Positions 1 through 13,379 of a stretch of DNA of 64,000 bases are shown one piece after another. The notes under the pieces were generated by a model, which saw only the letters and a list, made by a program, of their open reading frames with translations, was not told the origin of the DNA and ran no database searches. The DNA comes from Eledone cirrhosa (Eukaryota). How positions within the stretch are numbered: position 1 is the stretch's first letter; each line of letters begins with the position of its first letter. A program made the position numbers and the translations under genes. The stretch is taken from contig OZ024743.1 of the NCBI GenBank assembly GCA_964016885.1, positions 257,672,001 to 257,736,000 on the forward strand, given 5' to 3'.

Positions 1-980
1 TACATTTCCTATTTGGCTTGGTTTCTATGGTTGGTGCCCTTCTTAACTACAAATTCTTGACAGGGTACACTGGATGCATTGATTTGTGGAACAATATCGA
101 CCACTTTACTGAGTAGACTGGGTATGTTTTAACATGGTATCAATACTAGAGAGGTTGTTAAGTTCTTAACAAAATCAAATACTCATCTAACTTAAAACAA
201 TCTTGTTGGTTCATCAACCGTTTTACAAAGAGTACTGAGTGCAATTTCATCACAACACCTAAATGAAAGGGGTTGTCCCTTTCCCTGCAGGCTAAAAGTG
301 ACCTATTCCTTTCATGTGGTTATCACCTTTTCACCATATTCTAGCGTTGTATTGCTTGTACTAGTGGGTGGGTCCTTTTTTGGTATGGAAATACAAGCCA
401 TGTAACACTCAAATTAAATGCAATGAGAGGTTGGAAACTGCATATATATGTGTATGTGGGTGCACATGTGAATGTGTGTGTGTATATATATATACATATA
501 CACAATTATACTTACACATATATGTGTATATATATATATATGTATATACAATTATACTAATACATCTACATGTAGACATGCACTAATTCACACACACTCA
601 CACTTTATAATAACTTCATGGATATTCATGAGATTCAAAATAAAAAGAAAATGATGAAAAAAAGAAGAGAAAAATCATAGCAATATCTTGTATAGAGTTG
701 CTATCCTGGAATCTTGTTTCTATGTCAAATTACAGATTCCTTCCTTAAAAGGCAAAGAATACTAACAAGGGAACTATAAAAAACATAGTCACAATAACAC
801 ACTGATTTATGAGCTAACTATGGTGTGCAGAAAATCCCACTTATCTAATAAAAAAATAAATAACTTATTGATTTATTGACCCAAATCTGCAAACCTTAAA
901 TTGATCTAACACCTTTATAAATTACCAACAGTTTGGTATTGATTTCTGTAGATGACTAAAGATGGTAAATATCACGTTTT

Positions 981-1440
981 AACCCTTTCATTACCATATT
1001 TCTAATGAAAGCAACTGCCTATGCTTTTCAAATCATTTTGAATATATTCAAGAATTTGGAAGAATTTAGTATTTTAACTATCTCATTAACCTTTTCCTAA
1101 CCAAATTTCTAATGAGACACACTGCCTAATATTTTTAAATCATTTTGTTTAGAACATAAAAGGTTTTATATAAAGTGATAGATGTGTTTTATATAAATAT
1201 AAATATTTTAACACATTTTTTAATTTAGCATATAAATATTAGACCCTGAAAGGCATTACCAAATATTTCAATTCATTTTGAAAATACTGAACAATTCAAA
1301 AGGATTTAGGAATGTAACTTACTCCTTATTAAGCTGGTGTTTGGAGTATAACTTAAAGGCTCTTAAATGAATTTATGATGGAAGGTTTTTAAACAAATAC
1401 AATCACTTTAATGTTTTGTATTATATAACCAGGGTAAAAA
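981..1440. mobile_element. Degenerate tandem/partial copies of AT-rich piggyBac-like MITE family 2
   Basis: Begins TTAA-CCCTTT; shares internal motifs (accatatttctaatgaaa, attaagctggtgtttgga, ttatgatggaaggtttt) with copies at 4872, 15600, 18316, 52998 and 60846. Confidence 0.5.
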
Positions 1441-2091
1441 ACAAAAGACATGCATAATTTGACATATTCTTGTTGAAGGAGAAAAATGAAGTGTTTTCTA
1501 AAAAAAAAAAAGGGAAAAAGAAACGAAAAAAAAAAAGAATAGCATTTTACACCCAGATGAGATAACTTATTTATTCTGACATTGGTAATTCCATTGTTAT
1601 ATGCAAGAAGCAGAGCTGAAATAAAATGATAAGTTTTATTACCTTGCTCAGTATAGATATGGGAATGAAAGAATAACAATAAAATACATAGCTTCAAAAT
1701 AAGATATCTCTCACATTAACATGTCAGCCATTGAAGAAATGTTGCAAGCTCTTCATATTCCATTGGGTGACATCCAATTCTGTGACACAACAACTAACAG
1801 AACAATAAACAAACCGAGGATAGTCACCAGCCTAATTCACAAGAATCACATTTGTTTTGCAGCAATACTTATTGCTACTAGTACATAACTTGTTGTTTTA
1901 AATGGATGGGGAATAAGTAATATTTAGTTTCTTCACTAAATCTATAACAATGCTATATTTGTATGTATATATGTATGAATTTAGTCCTGGTGCAATTGTG
2001 GTGGCATCGTAAAGAGACATACAGCATTTCTTGGGCATTTCAAACCTTGTGATGCCCATCCCTCTCAAGGTCTAAACACAGTTTATTTCTT

Positions 2092-2128
<37 letters not shown>

Positions 2129-2429
2129 TGAAATAAAAAAGATATAGAGAAGAAGAATTGACTCTAGTACTGGACTGGTATTTTTTTTTTTATCGAACTC
2201 CAAAAAATGAAAAGCGAAGTGGACCTCAGTGGGATTTGAACACAGAGCACACAGAGCAGGAATGAATACCTCAAACCATACTATCTGACAGTCTAATTCA
2301 CCACCTAAAGTTATGGTTATAGATTATATATATGATGGATTAACAACAACACAGGCTTTCTCCTCTCTTTATTTTCACTGCTTTCTTTAATCATTCTTGT
2401 TTTTTCTTCTCCCTCTCAAACACCCTCTC

Positions 2430-2756
2430 AGAGAGGCAAATTTGAAGAATCCTTAGAGCATTGAACAAATGCTTTACAATATTTGTTCCAGCTCTTTATG
2501 TTCTGAATACAAATCCTGCCCTGTTATTTTCAGGGCTTGATAAAATAAAGTACCAGTTAAATACTGGCATCTATGTAATTGACCTTGCCCAACCACAAAA
2601 TTGCGAGCGTTGTGCCTAAAGTATTATTATAAGAGTATTCCCCCGAGGTTGACTTTGCCATTCATCCTTACGGGGTCGATAAAATAAAGTACCAGTAATG
2701 CACTGGGTAATTGCTGGCCTTGTGCCTAAAGTAGAAACAATTATTATAAGAGTATT
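2430..2756 (+). mobile_element. Older Meta-type SINE (2430-2630) with a younger 5'-truncated copy (2640-2739) inserted in its tail
   Basis: The young copy matches the 12491 SINE and is flanked by a 17-bp TSD attattataagagtatt (2623-2639, 2740-2756). Confidence 0.8.
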
Positions 2757-3509
2757 TGTAACTTAAAAAAGTCATTATTTCAAATTCTGTTGGAAGGTTT
2801 TAATTTAAATAGAAATCCTTTATAATGGGTGGTTTTGTTTCAGAGAAACAGATGTGAAGGGTTGGTATCAACAGGATTAGATGGTTAAGGTTAACATGTG
2901 TCCATGGAATACTCAGCCACTTACAAAATTTCCTGTGAGGAAATTCAGTTGACCAAACAATAAAATGCTCATCATTAAGATTGCACACGATATTTCCTTT
3001 TTGGTGTTAATTCTGGTGAATTATAAAGATAGACAACTGTTTAATAGTTAAATCTTGCCTGGCTTCTACTATCTATATAATCATACTATCTAGAATTGTA
3101 TTAAAAATGTTGACATATCTTAAGAGGCTTGGAAATGTCTCGATTTTTGGCATGGATTACTATGAATAAAGAAGTAAAGCTTAACATACAGCAAAATTAA
3201 TTCAAATATCTCTTTAACTACATTTTCTTGCTGCACTGATAGATCTTCATTCATTATATATTTTCTGATAACATACAAACCAATGTAATTGGTATTAGCA
3301 ATACAGCATGTGTTTAAAATAGTCATGTCTCTGCTAGTTGACACATTTTACACAAAGTATCAGATTGGTGAATGGTGTGAATAAGACCACTGAAACTGAA
3401 ACTGTAATATGTTGAGGAAACCAAAAATGAACCATACTGCATCATACTTCACATGGGATAACAAGGGACACATTCAGGCCTTAGGTAGAGGGGCCTGCTT
3501 GAAAAATAT

Positions 3510-4580
3510 ATTGGTGCAAAAACTATCTATAAGCTTGCAGCCTGTCCTGGTAGGCATGCGATTCACACACAAAGTTTGCATATCCTAACACCAGAAAGAG
3601 GGTCTGGAAGGTAGCAAACCTTAACAGTTGGAACCTGTAACATCACAACCCTTAGCAGGAACCAGTGGAGGAGGCTAGATGCTACCAGCTAGATATAATT
3701 GGGCTTTCCTCAACAAAGTTCTGTGGCTCTGATACTGTAGATTTGGATGTAAAATCCAATATTCAGGTGTGGCACCCGAAATAAATGCACAGGTGGCAGT
3801 AGGGATACTCTGGGGTTCTTCTCTCTTGAGAGAAGTGCATCCTGCGAAGGTGGAGAGAATACTTTGCTGATCTCCTAAACCCAATCACAACAGCATCTTC
3901 AGATGTACATGAAGTGCATCTGGGAGCAGTGACTAATCTCTGAGCAGTTGAGGTCACAAGAGTAGTTAAAGAGCTCAAATGTTACAAGGCCACTAGGAAA
4001 AATGAAATCTGGCCCGAGATGTTAAAAGCCTTAAATAGAGAAGGTATTCTCTGGCTGAGTCATGTGTGCTAGGTGGTCTGGATCTCTGGAAAGGCACCTA
4101 AGCAATGGCAATCAGGAGTGATAATCTCAATTTTCAAAAAGGGAGACAAGAGAGATTATTCCAATTGCTATCTTCAATTTGGTATTCATGCCAACCCTTA
4201 TTTGTGGTCATGAATCTTGGGTAATGACCAAAAGAATATGATTGCAAATACAAGCAGCCAAAATGGGATTTCTTCAAAGGGTCTCTGGCATAACATTACT
4301 AGATAGAGTGCATAGCTCAGAGATCAGAGAATCATTCTAGATAGAGCCACTACTTATCCGAATTGAGAGATCACAGCTCCAATTTTATGGTCATGTAGTT
4401 AGAATGTCTCAGGAAAGAATCGCTGGACAGATTTTATGGGCAAAACCAACCGACTGGGGACCCAGGGGTAGACCCCAAGCAAGATGATTGGATAACATCC
4501 ATGAGGTTGGCTGGTATGACTTGAGGATCCAGTCAGATCAGTTGTAGACAGTTGCTTCTGACAGGATCCACTGGAAGGGA
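3510..4580 (+). mobile_element. RTE-clade LINE family C (Expander/Rex3-like), internally deleted
   Basis: Degenerate APE endonuclease start (VGTCNITTL), pre-RT PEMLKALNREG...QWQSGVIISIFKKGDK, then a jump to the C-terminal GHESWVMT...FYGHVVRM...RGRP block; many stops and frameshifts. Confidence 0.85.
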
Positions 4581-4751
4581 AGAAGAAGAAGAAGAAGAAG
4601 AAAAAGAAGAAAAGAAGAAGAAGAAAAAGAAGAAAAACTAGAATAGAAGAAAAAGAAGAATAGGAGAAGAAGAAAAGGAGAAGAAAAAGAAAAAGAATAG
4701 AAGAAAAAGAAGAATAGAAGGATAGAAGAAGAAAAAAGAAGAAAAAGAAGA
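4580..4751 (+). repeat. (GAA)n-derived purine microsatellite at the 3' end of the RTE-C copy
   Basis: Degenerating gaa repeats; the family-C copy at 61753 also ends in gaagaaga. Confidence 0.9.
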
Positions 4752-4871
4752 CTTCTTGACTACTGCCCCCTTTTTAGAGAATAAATTTCACCACTACCCC
4801 ACCTCTTCTCTGTAATTTTTTAAAATTATACAGCAAAAATTATGATTATAAATTTCATCTATTTTATTTAA

Positions 4872-5099
4872 CCCTTTTGATATTAACTTGCCCCAAACCA
4901 CTTCTGTTTCTATGAGACAAACCAGTCATTTTAATGTATTCTTACTTAAATTAAAACCTTTCAGCATAATTTTAGATCATAACATTTTATGTTACAAATA
5001 CCATCTTAATGAAATTATAATTTTAGTAAATCTTTTCCAAATTCTCTATTAATTAATTTAAATACACAGTATTTCATTAGAAATACTGTAACGAAAGGG
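4872..5099. mobile_element. piggyBac-like MITE family 2, single unit
   Basis: TTAA|CCCTTT ... AAAGGG|TAAA termini; ~230-bp non-coding; multicopy in the window. Confidence 0.6.
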
Positions 5100-5814
5100 T
5101 AAAGCATTTATTGAATAACTAGAGGTGACAGTTTTATGAGCAGCTAATTTTTGCTCTTTTCTCCTTGCTTCTTCAACCACCCCTTTCATCAGTGCCTCTC
5201 CTATGTCACACAGCACACACTTTGAGAAATACTATATTAAAATGTGAACTTAAATGTTAGATATATTTTCATCAAATACTAACAGATACTGTCATACTTC
5301 TTTATGTATGTAAATATGAATATGTTTACATATAATTTCCAGACATTCATTACACAATATATTGTTATAAGAAAATGCAGGTTCTCCCTCTCACCACAAT
5401 CTTAAACCATTAGATCGATAAACAGGTACATTTACAAACAGATAATGTACTCAATAAATATAGCAGAATGCATGTATATTCTTTGAAAAGTCGAAACTTC
5501 TTAAATCATATCCCTAAGTTTCACACTTCCAATTGTTGTAGTGCAACAATATATAAACAAATATATTTGAAAATACCCTGAACTAAGTGGTACATGAATC
5601 TCTGATACACAAACCCCCTGCATTTATGTAATTGTAATAACCATACTATCTGCCATGTGTCTTTCTAAACAATTAATTAATTACAGACAAAAATAAAAGA
5701 GCTATCAAGAGTTTAAAGCTATATTATTCTTCAATATAGACATATTCACACATTCAGATTATTGCTTTATTATTTCACTGTCCAAACATATTTGGAACTT
5801 AAATGTTGATAATA

Positions 5815-6445
5815 TTGATTTTTAATTTAGGCACAAAGCCTGCAATTTTTAGGGAAGGAAGTTGATTACTTCAACCCCAATACATTACTGGTACTTTATT
5901 TTATCGACACCAGAAGATAAAGTTAATCTTAGCGGGATGTGAACTCAGAACGTTGAAGTACTGGAACAAATACGGCAAAGCATTTTGGCGTATTCACTAA
6001 CAATTCTGCCAATCAAACTCATGATTAACATAACTAAGTTTGATTAGTCTATTATAGAAGACACAGGCTGCAGAAATAGAATCAGGACAAGGGAATTTGT
6101 TTTCATACATTTGCTAAGATGAAAGTCAGAGTTGACCTCAAAAGGATTTGAACCCAGAATGTAAAAAATTATGACTAAATATTAGCAAGATATTTTGTGT
6201 GACACTAACGATTCTGCCGGTTTACTTCTAATAATAATATCTAAGTTAGAAACAAGGACAGAAAATTTGGGGCGAAGGGCAATGTCAATTAAGTCAACCC
6301 AAGTACTCAAACTTTATTTTCTCAACTCTGGAAGGAGGAAAGGCAAAAGTCGGTGGGATTTGAACTCAGAATGTAAATCACCAGAACAAATATCACAATG
6401 GCATTTTATTCACTCCTCTACCATTTCTGCCAATCCACCACCATC
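5815..6445 (-). mobile_element. Cluster of degenerate Meta-type SINEs (about 5815-6015, 6115-6225, 6235-6445)
   Basis: Reverse complement of the SINE motifs ggatttgaactcagaa (B-box), ctggtactttattttatcgac and ggcacaagg. Confidence 0.75.
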
Positions 6446-7204
6446 AATAATAATAAAAATTGCTTCTAACATAACCACGGAGACCAGAAATTTGAGGTAA
6501 GGAGTTAGTTGATTATATCAAGTGAAGTTTGTAACAGTGTTTAGGGTGTTGGAATTACAGTCAAGAGTTCAGTTCTTGGACTGGGCACTGCATTGTACTC
6601 TCAATAGAACTGAAGCCCCTATCATTAAAGCACCCATGAAAACTTCAATGGGATATAACTTCATATGAGGCCAGCTGCAAATTTCAATAACATTTTCAGA
6701 TAAATTACAAGTTTCATTGGTGTCAGTATTGTTCTTTCTTTTTAAATCTAACTTAGCTTTCATACATTAATATCCTATATCAAACAAAATATACTCTTGT
6801 CCATAAAACTAAATTGCACTTCATTTTTTTTTACGTAACTTGTAAAGAACAAGCTGGTGTACTTTGTATAGTCTCTGTGTATATATTTATTCATTTCAAT
6901 GTGACACTACATAAATGCTATTATTCTTCTTGCTTCTTACAACACTTTACCACAAACATATTATTCCTCCATTTCCAATATGTCTATTCCAGTTTCTTTT
7001 TTAAATATAACTTTTTTACATTAAAAAATATTTTATCCAGTTTTGTTATATTCATAGAGAGGCCTTTGAAGGAACAAGCAAAACCTAGCCTCACCCTCAG
7101 CTAATTATAATAATACAACGTTCTGATAGAGTTGTTACTTAATAGGCAGTTAAATACAAGCAAAATGGACAGTAACAGTAGATTTAAAAAGAAAAGAGAA
7201 ACAT

Positions 7205-7251
<47 letters not shown>

Positions 7252-7935
7252 GTAATAACAAAAATAATGAACTCACATTATTCATCTACAGAATACATAG
7301 AAAATATAAACATAAGCAGCAACAAAACCACAAGAAATGAGAGAAATATTTTGGACAAAAAAGAAAATGAAAAGTAAGTAAATAAATAAAGAATTAATAA
7401 CGAAACAAAACATATATTATTTTACATTCGATAACAAAAACAAAATCTATGAAACTATAATAGGTACAATAAACAACAAGATTCTATGGAAATTGACTGA
7501 AAATGTCTATTAGGATCGTGTTGTAGTGTTTTGTTGTTATTGTTTTTATTAATTTCTATTTCACTAGACATAATTCAGGAAAACATGAAGAAAGCTATTG
7601 TTGGCAGTGAGAGAGAGAGAGAGATTGCAATAGAGAGAGATTTAAAGTGGAACAAGTCTGACTTTGTTGTTATAGAAAGACATTTCATAAAATAGTAATG
7701 TATTATATTCATAGGACTTATATTTGTGATGGACTTTTAGGATATTACTGTTTTTTTCTTCTCCCCTGCCTCCCACACACATTTTCTTCTTTTGTAAATT
7801 GATGAGTATAAAGTATAAACTAGAAGAGTATGAGGCTGTTAAATTATTTTGTTCTAAAAAATGTCACTATTTTGTCTGATATTCATATTTGAAAGAGTTT
7901 TTAGAGAATTTTTTGTTGTTGCCTAAATTTTATAC

Positions 7936-7957
7936 AGACACACACACACATACATAT

Positions 7958-8043
<86 letters not shown>

Positions 8044-8055
8044 ACACACACACAC

Positions 8056-8099
<44 letters not shown>

Positions 8100-8139
8100 T
8101 ATATATTCACACATACACACACATACATATATATATATA
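7936..8139. repeat. Compound (TA)n/(CA)n microsatellite
   Basis: Direct reading. Confidence 0.95.
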
Positions 8140-8140
8140 A

Positions 8141-8905
8141 TGGAAAATTTGAACAGGAACAAAACAGAGAGGCAGTACAACGAATGTTTATTAATTTCAC
8201 GTTCTGGAGAGTGGGGTGGTGGTGGGGAACGACGTTTCGGGCATAAGCCCTTCTTCAGGTGAAAAGTGTGTGGGAAGAGAGTTCAAAGGATGTGTAGGGG
8301 AGTGGTGGAGAGACATATAGCGAAAAAGGGGGTGGGAGGAAACGGTGCGAATGAAATTAAAAATAAAAGCATGATCAAAATAAAATAAAATTAAAATGGG
8401 GTAAAACAGGTGGTGGAAGGGTGTGGCGTGTGTAGGGGTGGTGGCGGGTGGAGTGGGGAGAGGGAGACGGGGTGTCCGAGCGGGGAGAGCTGAAGGTGGT
8501 GTGTGTGTGCATATGAAAGCAAGGGTTGGGGGAAGAACGGGGTTGCATGTTCAGGAAGAGGTGTGTGTGGGGTGGGGTGTAGGTCGGAGTGTGTGTGCGT
8601 GTGTGGATAGAGGGGTGGGGGGAGAGGAATCCGGAGGCTGAGTGTGTAAATATGTGGTGGAAAGCACGTGTGTGTGGGGTTTAAGCGTGTTGTGGGTGTA
8701 GGTGGCGTGTGGGAAAAAAAATGTTGGGGGTGTGTGTGTGGGTGAGTTATAAAGGTGATTCCGTAAGAAGATGTGGTTGAAAGGTTGGTAAACTCCTAGG
8801 ATGGTAGTTGATTCCGCGGTCAAGCTCCACATACGAGTAATCCACGAAGAGATGGTCAGAAGAGGAGAGATGTGGGGTGCGTGCGCAACAGGAAGTGGTC
8901 AAGGC
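8141..8905 (-). mobile_element. Penelope-like element 3' remnant
   Basis: Minus strand encodes degenerate GIY-YIG C-terminal-like motifs (PLPVAH...ESTTILGVYQP..N), followed by a C-rich tract, a minimal hammerhead core and AATAAA. Confidence 0.55.
8228..8261 (-). ncRNA. Minimal hammerhead ribozyme (Penelope type)
   Basis: Minus strand reads cac-CTGAAGA-a-GGGC-ttat-GCCC-GAAAC-GTC-gtt; palindromic ACGT stem III; stem I only ~2 bp. Confidence 0.7.
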
Positions 8906-9107
8906 AGTAGGAGTGCTGTGTGTCTATGTTTGCAGTGTTAACATTGGGAAAAGTATGTTTACCAAAATATATTGTACTATATGCTAAGATAGAAATTAAA
9001 TAGAATGGAGGGAAACCACACTACCACCACCAGTGTCAAATAGATGGAAAGAACGGGTGGACACTGAAATATTGCACAAAAAAAATGAAAACAAATCAAA
9101 TATTAAT

Positions 9108-9295
9108 CGTTCCTACTTTTGACACAAGGCCAGCAATTAACCTAGTGCATTACTGGTACTTTATTTTATCGACCTGTAAGGATGAAAGGCAAAGTTAACC
9201 GCGGCGGGATTTGAACTCAGATTGTAAAGGCCCATAACTCCATGCTGCAAAGCATGGTGTCCGACCTTCTAACGATACTGCCAATCCACTGCCCT
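9108..9295 (-). mobile_element. Meta-type tRNA-derived SINE, full length
   Basis: Reverse complement of the 12491 consensus with A-box-like tggcagtatcgttag and B-box gagttcaaatcc. Confidence 0.85.
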
Positions 9296-9309
9296 ATGGA
9301 GTAATATTA

Positions 9310-9410
<101 letters not shown>

Positions 9411-9555
9411 AGAGATGCCTTCATATACACACCTATATAAGAGATGCTTTCATATACACACCCATATAAGAGATGCTTTCATATACACACCTATATAAGA
9501 GTTGCTTTCATATACACACATATATAAGAGTTGCTTTCATATACACACCTATTAT
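9411..9555 (+). repeat. 29-bp minisatellite, 5 units
   Basis: Unit agagatgctttcatatacacacctatata repeated with period 29. Confidence 0.92.
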
Positions 9556-10319
9556 GGACTACACTATTTTAGGGCTACCACTAATATATATTAGTGATTC
9601 CTAAATTTTCCACTACAAAGGAAAACTTTTATTTAAATTTTATTATACAGTATGAATGATAATGATAATCAAAAGAGAGAAATTTTTAACTTTAGAGAAG
9701 AATTGAAACTTTATACATTGCTAAAAACAACACACGTGTTATGTTTTTAAAAATGTGTGAGTGAAACATGGTCCCCGACTTGATCTCTCACATAAGAATA
9801 GCCTGTCCTACCCATGCTAGCATGGTGGACGTTAAATGATGATGATAAATGGAAATTTTAAATTTAGTGCACAGTCTCCTGTGTGTGTGGAGGCCAGGTT
9901 GGGATCCAATGATATATAGGATCATCAGCAGCAATTTTCAACTGAAATCTTGCATGCATTAATTTCAACTCTTCTTAATAACTGCATTGTTTCTTTTCAG
10001 AAATTATGATGCGAAATAAACTTCATTTGGTCATTCCATGAGAGTATCTTCGTCACCCTGTCAGGTTTTCAGCTGACTCTCATATGTCTGTTTTTCCATG
10101 CTTGCAAGTGTGGGGTAAGTCTACTTTAGCATAGTTTCATATGACTTGTAATATTCTTTCGTCATCTCCTCAGCATTTTGTGGTATTCAGCATCTTGGGA
10201 TCAGGTCTCACCAATTCTGCCTATGTTTTTATGTTTTTCTCAGTCATCCTTACACTGATACTCCTTCACCTAACAATCATCCTTAACTCTTTAAGTAATT
10301 CATCCTTCAAGCGCTCTAA

Positions 10320-10515
10320 TAATGGTTTCTACTTTAGGCACAAGGCCAGCAATTTAAAGGGAAAGTTGATTAATTCAACCCCAGTTCATTACTAGTGCTT
10401 TATGTTATCGACCTCCCGTAAGGATGAAAGGCAAAGCTAACCTCAGCAAGATTTGAACTCAGAACGTTAAGGGCCATAACTATGCTGCAAAGCATGATGT
10501 CTGGCTTTCTACCAC
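10320..10515 (-). mobile_element. Meta-type SINE (long subfamily)
   Basis: Same motifs as the 18409 copy, on the minus strand. Confidence 0.8.
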
Positions 10516-10787
10516 CAACTCTGGTTGGTATTAGAACACAACTAATACACATTCATTTTTCTCCAGCCACTGCATATCCTCTGTTTTTAATGAGCATGTC
10601 TGACTGCCATGCAGCATCACACTTTATACACAGAAAATGAGAAAAGGGATGGGGTATTAACAGACATATATATAAAACTTATAAGGAAACAGGTGCAGGC
10701 TTTGCTGCATGTACATAAAGATATATTTACAACCACATTGTTTTGGTTCAGTCCTATGACACTTTGAGCTTATACAGGTGAGTAAAA

Positions 10788-11211
10788 TCATCATCATCAT
10801 CATCAGCGTTTTACATCCGTTCTTCCACGCTAGCATGGGTTAGACGGGTTGTCCTGTTGTGGGCAGTGTCTGGTTGGCGGACCATGCCTTGCTCATAGAG
10901 GAACTGATTTGGTTTGATTTCTACAGCTGGATGCCCTTCCTAACAACAACCTCATATACAGTGAGTGCTGCGTGCTTTTTCGTGGCACCTACACGTCCAC
11001 TTTACAGTGTGGGCTGGGTGCTTTTTTTATCGTGGCACCTCCACGACCACCTTGCGGTGGAGGGTGTTGGGGCATATTGTCTATATGCTTCAGCTTGTAC
11101 CCATGGGAGGTCGGGTACTCTGTATTACTGCATGACACCAGAGGTCACGGTCATGTGTCATTGCCTTTGAGAGGTGTAATTGGGTAAGGTCGGCTTTTAT
11201 CACCTCATCCA
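10788..11211 (-). mobile_element. RTE family B, 5'-truncated (ORF end, 3'UTR, (GAT)n tail)
   Basis: DEVIKADLTQLHLSK..DRDLW..AVIQSTRPPMGTS*; 3'UTR with taggaagggcatccagc; candidate TSD TAAAAT at 10783 and 11212. Confidence 0.9.
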
Positions 11212-11506
11212 TAAAATATGGAAAGCAAAACAGTATCTGTGTGAACACGGTGTGTGTGTGTTTGACCAAATGGAGACCAATAAAACAAATAAGTAACAGA
11301 TTTAAGAATAAGTGCCGTAGTTGATATGTTTGAATAAATCCCATCATGGCCAGTCTAGACAGAAAAGAATACAATTCATGTATATTCTACATATGGATAA
11401 TTCCATATCCATATTTAAAGGTTTTACCACAGTTGTCTATAAATATTTACATGTATCTATATATGAGAGACGCTCTCTCCCCTCTCTTTTTCTCTTTTTT
11501 TGTGTA

Positions 11507-11541
<35 letters not shown>

Positions 11542-11603
11542 TATATATACATATATATATATATATCATCATCATCATTTTACGTCCAGTTTTCCCTGCT
11601 TGC

Positions 11604-11662
<59 letters not shown>

Positions 11663-11755
11663 GATAGATATATAAATATCATCATAATCATCATCGTTTT
11701 TATGGCCGCTTTTCCATGCTTGCATGAGTTAGATATATATATATATATAAATATA

Positions 11756-12222
11756 TAGTATAAACAAAGTTTCATATACTTAACATGTATGTGCTACCGT
11801 TGGTTTTGGGGTCTAGTCATGGCCACCACTGTATAATGCAGGGACCACTTTGAAACTGGTCCTTCATTCAGGCAGATGGACAAATTTATGGAGAAGGGAA
11901 GTTGTCTTCAGGCTAAATCTCCCTCCTAATTGTGAAGGCACGTGGCTGAGTGGTTAGACAACTGGATTCGCAATCGTGAGGTTATGAGTTCAATTCCTGG
12001 ACTGGGTGATGCATTATGTCCTTGAGAAAGACACTTTATTGCGACCAATAGGTAGTATTAGCAATTGGAAAGACCAATGGAAACATTGTTTCCTTGGTCC
12101 GATTTGATGAAAGTTGATTGACTGCCTATATTTGAAGCAGGCGAGGTAAATCTGGCCATGACTTGGTCCCAAAACCAATGGAAGCACATACAGGTTTAGT
12201 GTATGAAACTTTGTTTATACTA
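11756..12222. mobile_element. MITE with ~70-bp terminal inverted repeats
   Basis: 11756-11825 (tagtataaacaaagtttcata...gtcatggcca) is the near-perfect reverse complement of 12153-12222; outer TA may be the TSD. Confidence 0.8.
11934..12041 (+). mobile_element. tRNA head plus CORE-domain fragment of a CORE-SINE, inside the MITE
   Basis: ggcacgtggctgagtggttag (A-box), gagttcaattcc (B-box), gtccttgagaaagacacttta (CORE-like). Confidence 0.75.
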
Positions 12223-12318
12223 AATAAGCCCTCTTCCAACAAATTGAACACTGTTTTCCTTGATCTTTCATCTATAGATTTCTACCAAAGTATATGTGTG
12301 AGTGTGTGTGTGTGTGTG

Positions 12319-12370
<52 letters not shown>

Positions 12371-12490
12371 TGAAAGTAAACAAAATTAACAAAGCAAGCA
12401 ACACAGTACATTGAAGAAATATATTAGTTTAACATGAAATAACTGGAAAAGTGTCTTAACGTTTTGGACACTAATATTTATTAAGACAAA

Positions 12491-12676
12491 ACGGCGGTGG
12501 ATTGGCAGTATCGGTAGAGGGTTGGACGCCATGCTTTCCAGCATACTTACGTCCCTTTACGATCTGAGTTCAAATCCCGCCGAGGTTGACTTTGCCTTTC
12601 ATCCTTACGGGGTCGATAAAATAAAGTACCAGTAATGAACTGGGTAATTGCTGGCCTTGTGCCTAAAGTAGAAACA
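12491..12676 (+). mobile_element. Young full-length Meta-type tRNA SINE (short subfamily)
   Basis: A/B boxes; central gttgactttgcctttcatccttacggggtcgataaaataaagtaccag resembles the Meta/MESC domain (from recall); 18-bp TSD aatatttattaagacaaa at 12473-12490 and 12677-12694. Confidence 0.9.
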
Positions 12677-12915
12677 AATATTTATTAAGACAAAGTGTAT
12701 GATAAAGCAGCCAAAGTGTATGATAAAGTTGTAGTCTCAGTTACACACTCTTTACACAGATATAACTTTATATATATACATATATATATATATACATATA
12801 TATATATACATATATACACATATGTGTGTACATAAGATACATATATATATACTTATATATCTCATAACTGATTATGTCTATTTACCATGCTTACACATAC
12901 ACACATATATAACCC

Positions 12916-12950
<35 letters not shown>

Positions 12951-12989
12951 CATACATACATACATACAGAGAGAGAGAGACATACAAGA

Positions 12990-13290
12990 TACTTTTGATG
13001 AAAGGTTTCACTATTCAAGAAATACATTGAGTTCCATACTTATTATAGATTAGAGCTACTGGTTATTTACCAACTCACCTGGACCAATGGATGACTGAAT
13101 GTGAATTAGTTGAAAAAGAACTCAACTCATAAATCCAAAAGCTACAAATGCACGCGATAGCAGGAACCATCCAAATCTGGAAAACATTCTTATGGTTTAA
13201 AAGATGAACAATTGCACAAGGATGACACAAAATTCTTTTTCTTTACACCCTTGCCACCAGGAAAGTAGCCATTCAAAAACCCAAATTTAA
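12990..13290 (+). mobile_element. 3' fragment of a restriction-like-endonuclease non-LTR element (R4/Dong-like)
   Basis: Translates to ...IRATGYLPTHL...IQKLQMHAIAGTIQIWKTFL, resembling the C-terminal 'GA.G...LQ..A..GT..I....L' motif of REL-type LINEs; one internal stop. Confidence 0.55.
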
Positions 13291-13340
13291 GAGAAAGGGA
13301 AAACATACATAAATATGGTTATATATATGTTCACACATGT

Positions 13341-13379
<39 letters not shown>

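Noticed and set aside
9411-9555. CRISPR-like array
   Set aside because: Head-to-tail 29-bp repeats with no unique spacers, in a eukaryotic context with no cas genes.
12491-12585. tRNA genes at SINE heads
   Set aside because: A/B boxes are present but there is no complete cloverleaf, and each is attached to a SINE body and tail.
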